Assembly: GCA_012514175.1 (NCBI GenBank)
Contig: JAAZAU010000009.1
Span: 32,283-96,282, forward strand
DNA: 64,000 nt
Reading direction: 5' to 3'
Origin: Parcubacteria group bacterium
GTDB lineage: Bacteria; Patescibacteriota; Minisyncoccia; Phycocordibacterales; WO2-35-19
In this document: one piece after another, positions 20,501 through 27,631 of the stretch
How the letters are laid out: each line of letters starts with the position of its first letter
Numbering within the stretch: the stretch's first letter is position 1
Program-made: the position numbers and the translations under genes
The notes under the pieces: generated by a model
What the model was told of the DNA's origin: nothing
Databases searched by the model: none
Seen by the model: the letters and a program-made list of their open reading frames with translations, nothing else

Positions 20501-21611
20501 ATCAGGTGGAGAGTTGGCAGGTGAGCAATCCCATGAACAATTTCAACAAGGAGGCAAAACACACAAGGGACCAGTTGAGAGTTTGTTTGGTAAACCGAAC
20601 GAGAATCTCTTAGAACAATTACGACAATCAGAGGAGATGATTGGTAGTAAATTTTCAACCAAAGATGAAAGCGGTAATCTTGTAGCAAGAGATATGAGTC
20701 AAAACGTTAGAGATAGGCTACAAAATGAGACATCTGTCATTGATCAAGCTCAAGCCCATCAGTTAGAAACTCTTGATGAGATCAGACGCCAACAACAGAC
20801 AAAGATGGAGGCGGTGTATAGAGAGATGTCTGGATTGGATGGTGAAGCGCTTCGGGTTTATGTAGATTATATGGAATCAACAAAAGAATTTATCACCGAT
20901 TTAACACAATTCTTTATTGACAAATTCAAACTTGATAAAGAGTATCTTCGTGAACGTAATCAAAGACGCGGTGCAAGATTACAAAGAGGATTTACCCAAA
21001 ATATTCTTGGGCAAAGAGAAGGGACTACTGTTATAAATCCCCGTTCCTTTGAACGTAAACGTCCACCAGAAAAACCGCAATTTGCTTGGACGCTTGTTAT
21101 AGACAATTCTGGTTCTTGTGGTGGTGAAATTATTGAACAAGAAAAGAAATTGGCTGTAGCTCTGGTTGAAGTGGCTAAGAAATTAGATATACCATTTGAA
21201 ATCGTTACTTTTGGAGGTCCTAATGAATTTACCTTTCTTAAGCAATTTGAACAAGATATGTTTGGAGATGATCTTCAAAAAATGGTATTATTACGGGCAG
21301 ACCAAGGCACTCCTGATGTAATAACCTTGGATGCGGCTTGTACAAGTATGAAAAAATATACTGACAAGTTTAGACGGTCGTATAATTTTGTGTATTTTAT
21401 GACTGATGGTGAATCTGGTGAAGGATCAATTCAGGAAGTTATAGAAAGACACAAGAAAGATATGGTTATTACTGGCATTGGCTTGGCCGAAGCGGCTCAA
21501 ACCATAGGGCAAACATGGGGCAAAAACGCAGTTGAAGTTCCTGATATAAAAAAACTATCTGACATTTTTATTAGAAAAATTGAAGAGCAGATAGATTCAA
21601 CATTTGATTAA
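17520..21611 (+). CDS. Giant (1363 aa) protein with N-terminal domain, ~900-aa E/Q/K/G-rich low-complexity acidic linker, and C-terminal von Willebrand factor A (MIDAS) domain
   Basis: C-terminal WTLVIDNSGSCGG...T..G...D...MTDGESGEG carries the DxSxS...T...D MIDAS pattern. The central region is a coiled-coil/disordered EQK-rich stretch plus a Gly-rich segment (GEGSGGEPGQPGSSGQGQGG...). Confidence 0.7.
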   Translation: MLTEPRDMQFTPEKPKTPEISQIEKDLNEIIPILAHGLVRRIEQKGFSGKVRVQAIAGDAWGVAKSPDNLTDVPNVIIYPRESLSGDLRLVNARLRHEIGNINYPIDVELNALRGWCYENEVAPELLTSLVEATHEASVNFLEMRNSHSSNPEENFRALYEQEINTQQIADNIPQYAPYKQVVDLTLLYSLSQTGLVPVEQFEQALSVAHPAVQEVFDKQTRSILDQSVRMAVPKAQVQLVRDFLWPKFSGLVALSCPAEGDKGKAETGEDLNTHSKQKELSPEAQVCAEKAKELQKKIQQMMQKMHQQAKDSKKPSLEKTDKQKKESPKRQEQQLSPAEKQERKEEEDLLAQNLQEQLQQAREKFEQLQKPDAKPEVPKPQEKPSSMQDIGKQAEQMRQEAERAMQEAQESGVQDEVTEEQLQQLKEQLEQLEEVAKQIAESGALEEELAKPEEEPIVYNIKEIGINEAELTPEQLETLQKTRAFAQNTSKVYRTAIRLLMKGYQEGNPKFTDEIMRKMMERSYDVPNFSIYGSQAGQEFLSQREELGVDGFSDNFLVNFQLPKPLARFWYKGGGGKKSVSVKEGEIEWGHFYRMCMPVIYSGVDRAQMSGLYLNRLNQFGQHDPKKYYYLWETINLWQEREKIEQEREKQKEEALKEMQEQLQQMREKLGEMRDQASGESEDQETDDQKSEKQGQQQGEQSGEKSNTQQAESSKQPAQSGEKHQNAEQKSGEQKQAGQEQQSSEQGSEKLSAQELQKQIEELKEQVNDMTKDAEERGDQAMADQLKEMKEQLEEMVEKLEQGEQGEKQGEDGGEGSGGEPGQPGSSGQGQGGDEGLGEGEGLGEGGQEQSQGGQPGKGVGQSKGAGQSGGQSGEMGGEGGEPGGMESGDGGMPSVQEMQEFLQQIQDALNQVKGQGGSGQEVTDQLIEQLSQMQESLESGATPQEMTRQMQDMMRKLSEAMSDMQSKEQEEDQGEGQPSEQSGESSGSESGESGGELAGEQSHEQFQQGGKTHKGPVESLFGKPNENLLEQLRQSEEMIGSKFSTKDESGNLVARDMSQNVRDRLQNETSVIDQAQAHQLETLDEIRRQQQTKMEAVYREMSGLDGEALRVYVDYMESTKEFITDLTQFFIDKFKLDKEYLRERNQRRGARLQRGFTQNILGQREGTTVINPRSFERKRPPEKPQFAWTLVIDNSGSCGGEIIEQEKKLAVALVEVAKKLDIPFEIVTFGGPNEFTFLKQFEQDMFGDDLQKMVLLRADQGTPDVITLDAACTSMKKYTDKFRRSYNFVYFMTDGESGEGSIQEVIERHKKDMVITGIGLAEAAQTIGQTWGKNAVEVPDIKKLSDIFIRKIEEQIDSTFD

Positions 21612-22092
21612 AAAATATATGAGCAAAAACTTAGAACCAGGGTTTAGTAAAATAGATGATTTACTCAGTGATGTTGAGCAATCAACTGGTAGTGAAAAAT
21701 TATTAACAGAGATAGATGAACTCTGTGGAGAAATTGATGATAGTTTGGAACACCGAAAAAAAGAAATCACAGAATGGTCAATTGAAAGAAAAAGAAAAGA
21801 AGCAACTGACGCTGATGATCCATTCGTTTTAAATTTATTGTCAATGGATGAAAGTTTCAATGTCCGAATCCTTTCCGCCTGCAATCCGAATACACCAGAA
21901 GCCTCTTTACGTAGACTTGCTGAGGACGCTGATGATTATGTAAAAATGGTTATGGCTAACAATCCTAATTGCACTTCCGACCTTCTTGATAGAATATCAG
22001 AAACCAGTAGAGAGCAAGAAGTGTTGGATGCTGTAAAGAATCACCCCAACACCTCGGTAGCCACAAGGCACAAGATAAAAAACAGGATGTAA
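21604..22092 (+). CDS. Small protein with LRV (leucine-rich repeat variant)/HEAT-like repeats
   Basis: Three repeats with the NPNTP / NPNCTS / NHPNTS signature (VRILSACNPNTPEASLRRLAEDADDYVKMVMANNPNCTSDLL...NHPNTS). Overlaps the upstream stop by 8 bp. Confidence 0.5.
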   Translation: MIKKYMSKNLEPGFSKIDDLLSDVEQSTGSEKLLTEIDELCGEIDDSLEHRKKEITEWSIERKRKEATDADDPFVLNLLSMDESFNVRILSACNPNTPEASLRRLAEDADDYVKMVMANNPNCTSDLLDRISETSREQEVLDAVKNHPNTSVATRHKIKNRM

Positions 22093-22127
22093 AAATTGGC
22101 AATAAAAACTAATTCTAATAAAGGTTT

Positions 22128-22160
22128 TTGTTTATCCAGATAAACACTTGTTTTTTTTTT
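22128..22160 (+). terminator. Putative rho-independent terminator closing the operon
   Basis: GTTTATC..GATAAAC hairpin followed by a T10 run. Confidence 0.4.
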
Positions 22161-22183
22161 GCAAAAGCTATACTCAAGTGAGT

Positions 22184-22256
22184 GGCGGAGTAGTTTAATT
22201 GTTAAAATGTGATTTTTCATTAAGTCAAGATAGAGGTTCAAATCCTTTCTCCGCCA
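22184..22256 (+). tRNA. tRNA with atypical anticodon arm (anticodon UCA under canonical numbering; CAU if register shifted)
   Basis: Perfect 7-bp acceptor stem (GGCGGAG/CTCCGCC) and a T-arm AGAGGTTCAAATCCTTT. The D-loop lacks GG. The anticodon region GUGAUUUUUCAUUAAGUC pairs perfectly only with a 6-nt loop. Confidence 0.55.
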
Positions 22257-22261
22257 CCCGG

Positions 22262-22333
22262 AAGGACCTAGTCTAATTGGTAAAACATCATCATTACATG
22301 ATGAAGTTGGAGGTTCGAATCCTTCGGTCCTTA
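22262..22333 (+). tRNA. tRNA-Val (anticodon UAC)
   Basis: Acceptor AAGGACC/GGTCCTT. Anticodon stem TCATC/GATGA with loop ATTACAT. T-arm GGAGGTTCGAATCCTTC. Discriminator A. Confidence 0.65.
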
Positions 22334-22335
22334 CT

Positions 22336-23874
22336 ATGAATACACAAGAATACACAAAAATTGCAAAAGAGATTGGTGTAAAACTTAACCAGTTTTTTAA
22401 TGAGTTTTGTTCTAAATATCCAGAATACCAATCTATAAAAAATGATTATTTAAAAAAAGAGGTTCATCTTAACGGTATTCAGTTTTATGCTGGTTTTATG
22501 AGTGGTAAAAACAAAAACTGGGAAGACTACATAGAAATCCCGATAGCAATAGAGTTGGTTATGATTTGGGCATACAAAACAAATCGCATCTTAGATAAAA
22601 AACAGGATGTGTGGTCCAAAGAGGAAAATTTGCAAAATACAACTCTGGAGCACGATTTAATACTCGCCTGCATTTTTAGTCTTTTAAATTCATATTCCGC
22701 AAAGAATCTTGGTCATAATGAAAAAATAAAGGATATTATTGGTCACCTCTTATCATGTCTTGCTTATGGTTTTTGGAAAGAAAGGAGTATTATGGTTAAA
22801 TTTACACCTTTAGAAAATATTCTAACCGATTGGGAGTCAAGACATTTGGATAGAAATATTAATTTTAATCTTGTTTATGATTATGCCCCACTTGTGGGTT
22901 GCGCTATCTCAAACAATGATTTTTCAATTATTGAAAAATACGAAAAAGAAATTGAACCCAATGATCGTTTTTCACATGTTGGACAAATAATAAATGATTT
23001 GGGTGATTTTGGAAATGATGTAGATAAACATGTGAAAGTGTATCAAGATCTTTTTTCGGATATAAGAAACAGTATCGTTACGTATCCTGTATACTCACTT
23101 ATTAAAGAAAAAGTTGTGTTGAAAGCTTTGGAAAAACCAAAAGTAACTTTTTCAAAATCTTGGCAACAAAAAATGAGAAAATTGATTGCGGTTAGCAGTC
23201 TTAATGAAGATGTTCTTCGTCTTTCTGAAAACGCATATTATGCTCATAAAAATTTTTACGAAAAACATGTCCCAGGTGCAGGTCCGTTATTGTTGAGAAT
23301 ATATGGAATATTTATAAACAACAAATATTTTGATCAAGAAATAGTAAAAGCAAACAGTAAAATTTTAAGAAATAGAGTTGTGCTTTGTAATATTCGCGGT
23401 AAAGAACTGGGGAATTACGATAAATTAGAGGCACACAAGGAGGGTAAATTACATAAGGCTTTTTCAATATTTGTTTTTAACAACAAAGAGGAATTTTTGA
23501 TACAGAAACGGGCTGAAGGAAAATATCACTCAGGGGGTTTGTGGTCTAATACATGTTGTAGTCATACACTTTCTGGTGAGAATTTAATAGTTTCAGCTAA
23601 AAAAAGACTCAAAGAAGAAATGGGGTTTGAATGTGAGTTAAATAAAAAGTTTAGTTTTGTTTATAATTTGGATGTTGGAAATGGGTTAACAGAACACGAA
23701 TTTAATTCAGTTATTTTTGGAGAATATACAGGAGAAGTCAAACCAAACCCAGAAGAGGTTGGTGATTGGAAATGGATTAAGAAAGATGAACTAGTTAAAG
23801 ATGTTAAAGCTAATCCGAATAAATATACTAGTTGGTTTAAGGTTATATTGGAACGAATGGGTTATTTGAAATAA
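22336..23874 (+). CDS. idi: Fusion protein: N-terminal isoprenoid-synthase-like alpha-helical domain + C-terminal type 1 isopentenyl-diphosphate delta-isomerase (Nudix)
   Basis: C-terminal ~170 aa carry IDI-1 signatures (HKAFSIFVFNNKEEFLIQKRAEGK, WSNTCCSHTL, EHEFNSV). The N-terminal 340 aa has an Asp-rich INDLGDFGNDVDK segment reminiscent of terpene/prenyl synthase metal-binding motifs. Confidence 0.6.
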   Translation: MNTQEYTKIAKEIGVKLNQFFNEFCSKYPEYQSIKNDYLKKEVHLNGIQFYAGFMSGKNKNWEDYIEIPIAIELVMIWAYKTNRILDKKQDVWSKEENLQNTTLEHDLILACIFSLLNSYSAKNLGHNEKIKDIIGHLLSCLAYGFWKERSIMVKFTPLENILTDWESRHLDRNINFNLVYDYAPLVGCAISNNDFSIIEKYEKEIEPNDRFSHVGQIINDLGDFGNDVDKHVKVYQDLFSDIRNSIVTYPVYSLIKEKVVLKALEKPKVTFSKSWQQKMRKLIAVSSLNEDVLRLSENAYYAHKNFYEKHVPGAGPLLLRIYGIFINNKYFDQEIVKANSKILRNRVVLCNIRGKELGNYDKLEAHKEGKLHKAFSIFVFNNKEEFLIQKRAEGKYHSGGLWSNTCCSHTLSGENLIVSAKKRLKEEMGFECELNKKFSFVYNLDVGNGLTEHEFNSVIFGEYTGEVKPNPEEVGDWKWIKKDELVKDVKANPNKYTSWFKVILERMGYLK

Positions 23875-23916
23875 AAAATAGATGTGTCAGATTTTCATTC
23901 CAAAGATTTTTTAATG

Positions 23917-23988
23917 TGCTCCCAGTAGGAATCGAACCTACATTTTAACTTCCGCAAAGTTATGTCCTATCCATTGAACGATGGGAGC
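23917..23988 (-). tRNA. tRNA-Arg (anticodon read as GCG)
   Basis: The reverse complement folds as GCTCCCA acceptor, D-arm GTTCAATGGATAGGAC, anticodon stem TAACT/AGTTA with loop TTGCGGA, and T-arm GTAGGTTCGATTCCTAC. Confidence 0.6.
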
Positions 23989-24012
23989 GGTTTAGAATAC
24001 TCAAAGATTAAC

Positions 24013-24041
24013 AAAAAAGTGGCTTTTTAGCCACTTTTTAT
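24013..24041. terminator. Bidirectional hairpin terminator between convergent units
   Basis: AAGTGGCT tttt AGCCACTT with flanking A-run and T-run. Confidence 0.55.
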
Positions 24042-24511
24042 TTAGAGATAATTTTATCAAACCATTTATGAAAAATAGATTCAGTTAGAAATTCCTCTTC
24101 CAAAAACTCTAAAAGAACATCTCTGACATCGTTTAAATCAACCTCGTCGTTTATAGGTATGGTTACCATTGTTTGAATGAAGCCTGCAGGATAAAGCAAA
24201 ATGCGAGGACCGTTTATGTGTTCGTCTTCAATCCAAAATGATTTGTAACTTATCCAGGGATAAAGCGAGCGTCCAAAAATTATACCTTTAGGAGTTATTT
24301 TCACAGAAACTTTTTTTGTTTCGCGATAGGAAAGCATTCCAATGGTTAAACCGGCAATAATAATGAAGACACCAAAAAGAAAATTACCAAAATAAAAAGC
24401 TAATACTGATGCACCAACCACAATCACGCCAAGTATCCAATACCAGTCATTGGTTTTTCTGTTGAAATAATGTTGTGGGGAATCCCACTCTAAAATAGCT
24501 TCGTGCTTCAT
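24038..24511 (-). CDS. Hypothetical membrane protein (two TM helices)
   Basis: 157-aa ORF. Hydrophobic segment WYWILGVIVVGASVLAFYFGNFLFGVFIIIAGLTIGML. Confidence 0.5.
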   Translation of the reverse strand: MKHEAILEWDSPQHYFNRKTNDWYWILGVIVVGASVLAFYFGNFLFGVFIIIAGLTIGMLSYRETKKVSVKITPKGIIFGRSLYPWISYKSFWIEDEHINGPRILLYPAGFIQTMVTIPINDEVDLNDVRDVLLEFLEEEFLTESIFHKWFDKIISK

Positions 24512-24568
24512 TGGATATATTTTATCACATTCATTTGATGAGAGGGGACAAAATATAAAAGGTGTGGA

Positions 24569-24910
24569 TTATTTTACTTGAGCGCCCGGGGTTACAGTTT
24601 CAGGAACTTTAAGCAGGGAAAAGAAACCTTCTTCAGTTTCAGTTTTGTTTTTTGAAAAAGCCATTATCATCGCTTCACTTTTAAGACCCATTATTTCTCT
24701 GGGTTCTAGGTTGGTGACGAAAGCGCAAGTAACTCCAACAAGTTCTGAGGTGGAGACAAATTTAGCGATACCAGATATAACTTGGCGAGGATTTTCCTCA
24801 TTAAAGTCTACTGACAGTTTAAGTAATTTTTCAGAACCCTCTATTGGTTCCGCACTCAAAATTTTTCCAGCTTTTATTTCTACTTTTGCAAAATCATTTA
24901 TAGTTATCAT
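24569..24910 (-). CDS. tRNA-binding protein (Trbp111/CsaA / MetRS C-terminal-like OB-fold domain)
   Basis: 113 aa. The pattern VGKILSAEPIEGSEKLLKLSVDFNEE...ISGIAKF matches the tRNA-binding (EMAP-like) domain. Confidence 0.55.
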   Translation of the reverse strand: MITINDFAKVEIKAGKILSAEPIEGSEKLLKLSVDFNEENPRQVISGIAKFVSTSELVGVTCAFVTNLEPREIMGLKSEAMIMAFSKNKTETEEGFFSLLKVPETVTPGAQVK

Positions 24911-24943
24911 AATTTGAAATATTTTATGTGTTTCTGTTTGTTT

Positions 24944-25033
24944 TGGCGGAGGAGGTGAGATTCGAACTCACGGTACCCTTTCGGATACGACAGTTTTCAA
25001 GACTGTTCCTTTAAACCACTCAGGCACTCCTCC
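24944..25033 (-). tRNA. tRNA-Ser (anticodon UGA), type II with long variable arm, CCA encoded
   Basis: The reverse complement GGAGGAGTGCCTGAGTGG...ACAGT CTTGAAA ACTGT...GTGAGTTCGAATCTCAC CTCCTCC G CCA folds as a type II cloverleaf. Confidence 0.75.
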
Positions 25034-25207
25034 ATATCTTTTTGTTCCAACCTTAAAATAATCGCATATTTTTTGTGTTTTTTCAACCTTTTTTAAGATT
25101 TTTAGGTTTGTTAGATCAAAACTAAACCGTTCTTGGTAAAGCGTGTTAATATTATTGTGTGAGAAATATTAAGAAATTTGAAATTGAAATAAGTTGGTAA
25201 AAATAAA

Positions 25208-25591
25208 ATGAAATATTTAGGAATTGATTTTGGGAGTAAAAAAGTGGGATTTGCTGTCTCTGACGATACGGGCAAGATGGCTTTTCCGCACTCTGTAATT
25301 TTAAACAGTGGAAAACTTTTAGAAGAAGTTCAAAAAATAGTAGATAAAGAAAAAGTAGAAGCAATCGTGATAGGGGAATCTAAAAATTTCAAAGGCGAAC
25401 CAAATAAAATAATGCTTGCAATAGAAAATTTCAAAAAAGAATTGGAAGAAAGATTAAAAATAAAAGTTTGGTTTGAACCAGAATTTATGACATCACAACA
25501 AGCCAAACACATTCAAGGAGAAACAGGATTACACGATGCTTCTGCTGCCACCATTATCCTCCAATCTTACCTAGATAAAAATAATATGTGA
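25208..25591 (+). CDS. ruvX: Holliday-junction resolvase-like protein RuvX/YqgF
   Basis: N-terminal LGIDFGSKKVGFAVSD motif (RNase H-like). 127 aa. Confidence 0.7.
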   Translation: MKYLGIDFGSKKVGFAVSDDTGKMAFPHSVILNSGKLLEEVQKIVDKEKVEAIVIGESKNFKGEPNKIMLAIENFKKELEERLKIKVWFEPEFMTSQQAKHIQGETGLHDASAATIILQSYLDKNNM

Positions 25592-25604
25592 TATTATTTA
25601 TAGT

Positions 25605-26564
25605 ATGAAATTTGGATTTCTCATTAAACATTTTCCACCCGAAAAATTTTTAGATCCACCTCGTATTGGAATTTCTTTTTCGGATTCAAACATCAAAGCT
25701 ATTTTCTTTGATAAAGAAACAAAAAACCCCCAACTGCAAAGTGCAATTTTATCTTTGGAGAAAGGGGCTATAGTAAACGGCAGTATTTCGGATATGAATG
25801 AAGTGGTAAAAAAATTATCTGTTATCAAAAGAGATTTTAAATCACCGTTTGCTTTTTTCACCCTGCCAGATGAGTTAGCGTATGTTTTTACGACCACCGT
25901 TGCGGTTGCTAGTGGAAGCAGTGCCACAGAAAGTGTAGCTTTTATCATAGAAGAAAATGTGCCGACCGCTTTAGTTGATACGGTTTTTGATTTTGTTCCG
26001 ACCGAAATTAAAAAAACTGAAAATGGATACGACGCTGAAGTGGTGGTGGTGGCTTCTCTTAAAAAAGAAGTAAACAAATTTTTAGAAGCTATGAGGCTAG
26101 GTGGTTTTGAACCTTTGGGTTGTATTCATGAATCACAAGCTATAGCAAACTCACTTTTGACCGAAAAAGAGTTGGGTTTGATTTGCATAGTTCACGCCAG
26201 AGAAAACAGAATTGGTATATATTTAGTAAAAGATGGTTTGGTAGTTTTTTCTACTCTAAGATCGGTAACAGGGGATGATTATAAAAAACAATTTTTAGAT
26301 GAATATAAAAAATTTTTTGAATATTGTAATAAAAATTATGTTGAAGGAGATGAATTAATCAAATCCACTTTAGTTTGTGGAGATTTCCAATACGCTAAAA
26401 GAGTGGTGGAAATACTTGCTGACCAAAACAATGTTAAAGATGTTAAATTATCAAATGTGTGGGCTGATGTTTTTGAAATAGATAAACATTTGCCCGGGAT
26501 GCCTTATGAGCAATCCCTTAGTTTTGCTGGTCCTATTGGAGCAGTTTTATCTGAAATAGAATGA
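25605..26564 (+). CDS. pilM: Type IV pilus assembly protein PilM-like (actin-like ATPase fold)
   Basis: N-terminal IGISFSDSNIKAIFF and LEKGAIVNGSISD blocks resemble PilM. Followed by two small single-TM proteins, as in pilMNO. Confidence 0.5.
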   Translation: MKFGFLIKHFPPEKFLDPPRIGISFSDSNIKAIFFDKETKNPQLQSAILSLEKGAIVNGSISDMNEVVKKLSVIKRDFKSPFAFFTLPDELAYVFTTTVAVASGSSATESVAFIIEENVPTALVDTVFDFVPTEIKKTENGYDAEVVVVASLKKEVNKFLEAMRLGGFEPLGCIHESQAIANSLLTEKELGLICIVHARENRIGIYLVKDGLVVFSTLRSVTGDDYKKQFLDEYKKFFEYCNKNYVEGDELIKSTLVCGDFQYAKRVVEILADQNNVKDVKLSNVWADVFEIDKHLPGMPYEQSLSFAGPIGAVLSEIE

Positions 26565-27103
26565 ACCTATTACCAAGCACAGAAAAAGAAAATTTGAAAA
26601 AAGGTCTCAGACTTCGTTTTTTGATATTAATCTCTTTTATTGTTTCTGGGGTTTTTTTGGTAAGTATCGTTATGTTGGTCCCTGCATACTTGGTTAGTGT
26701 TGGTAATTTTTCAAGATTAAGTTTTGAAAATAACTCTCTGCACGTTGAAACTCCTGCTTCTGATACGCAACTTTTGAGCTTGCCTGCAGAAATAGAAACG
26801 AAGTCCAGATTTTTACAAAACTACAACAGTAGTGTGAAAGTGATGGATTCTTTTGTAGAGGTTGTGAAGTTTTTGCCAGAAGAAGTAAAATTGGATTCAA
26901 TTAATTTTATGAGAGGACAATCTTTTGATAATAAAAAAAGTGCTTCAATGAGAGTTTCTGGTGTTGCGTCAAATCGTGAAATGCTCATTTCTTTTTCAAA
27001 TGCGCTTAAAAATTCTGGCAAGTTTTCAAATGTTGAAGTTCCGGTCTCAAGTTTAACTAAAGACAAAGATTTACCTTTTACTATGAATATATTTATAGAA
27101 TAA
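26561..27103 (+). CDS. PilN-like single-pass membrane protein
   Basis: 180 aa with an N-terminal TM helix (LILISFIVSGVFLVSIVMLV). The 4-bp overlap with pilM suggests translational coupling. Confidence 0.4.
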   Translation: MNLLPSTEKENLKKGLRLRFLILISFIVSGVFLVSIVMLVPAYLVSVGNFSRLSFENNSLHVETPASDTQLLSLPAEIETKSRFLQNYNSSVKVMDSFVEVVKFLPEEVKLDSINFMRGQSFDNKKSASMRVSGVASNREMLISFSNALKNSGKFSNVEVPVSSLTKDKDLPFTMNIFIE

Positions 27104-27630
27104 TGAATAGTTGGATTCCAAAAAACATAATTGTTAAATTAACCGTGGGAATGGTGGTTTTGAGTGTTTTGCTTTATTTAACCAGCTTGTTTTTTGTTAC
27201 CAGACAGACTAAAAAAGTTGAAAATCTTTATGTTGATATGAAATCCAAGTCTTTTGAAAGTGAAAAAATTCAAGCGATAAAATCAACTCTTGGCTCCTAT
27301 AATTCAAATTTGCAAATACTTAGAGATTTCTTTGTTAAAAAAGGCGATGAAGTTAAATTTATAGAGGAAATAGAAAGAGTAGCTAAAGATGCTGATGTTA
27401 AATTTGAAATCTCTGCAATAAATGTGAAAAGTGGTGACGAACAATCTTTAAACGATGATATTGACGTTAGAATGGAAATTGAAGGCCCTTGGAATGATGT
27501 TATAAAAACCATAGACAATTTAGAAAGGTTACCTTTTGGGGTTTTGGTGGATAATCTAAATATTAATACTGTGGGTGGCGAAGGATATTGGTCTGGGTCT
27601 ATAAGTTTTAGAGTTTTTAAAGAAAAATAA
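27103..27630 (+). CDS. PilO-like single-pass membrane protein
   Basis: 175 aa with an N-terminal TM helix, directly adjacent to the PilN-like gene. Confidence 0.35.
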   Translation: MNSWIPKNIIVKLTVGMVVLSVLLYLTSLFFVTRQTKKVENLYVDMKSKSFESEKIQAIKSTLGSYNSNLQILRDFFVKKGDEVKFIEEIERVAKDADVKFEISAINVKSGDEQSLNDDIDVRMEIEGPWNDVIKTIDNLERLPFGVLVDNLNINTVGGEGYWSGSISFRVFKEK

Positions 27631-27631
27631 A

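Noticed and set aside
1927-21611. Genome-wide UGA recoding (code 4/25), considered because of the possible UCA-anticodon tRNA
   Set aside because: Multi-kilobase ORFs (polA, ileS, the 4.1-kb VWA gene) are uninterrupted under the standard code, and tsaE terminates at TGA. The standard code fits.
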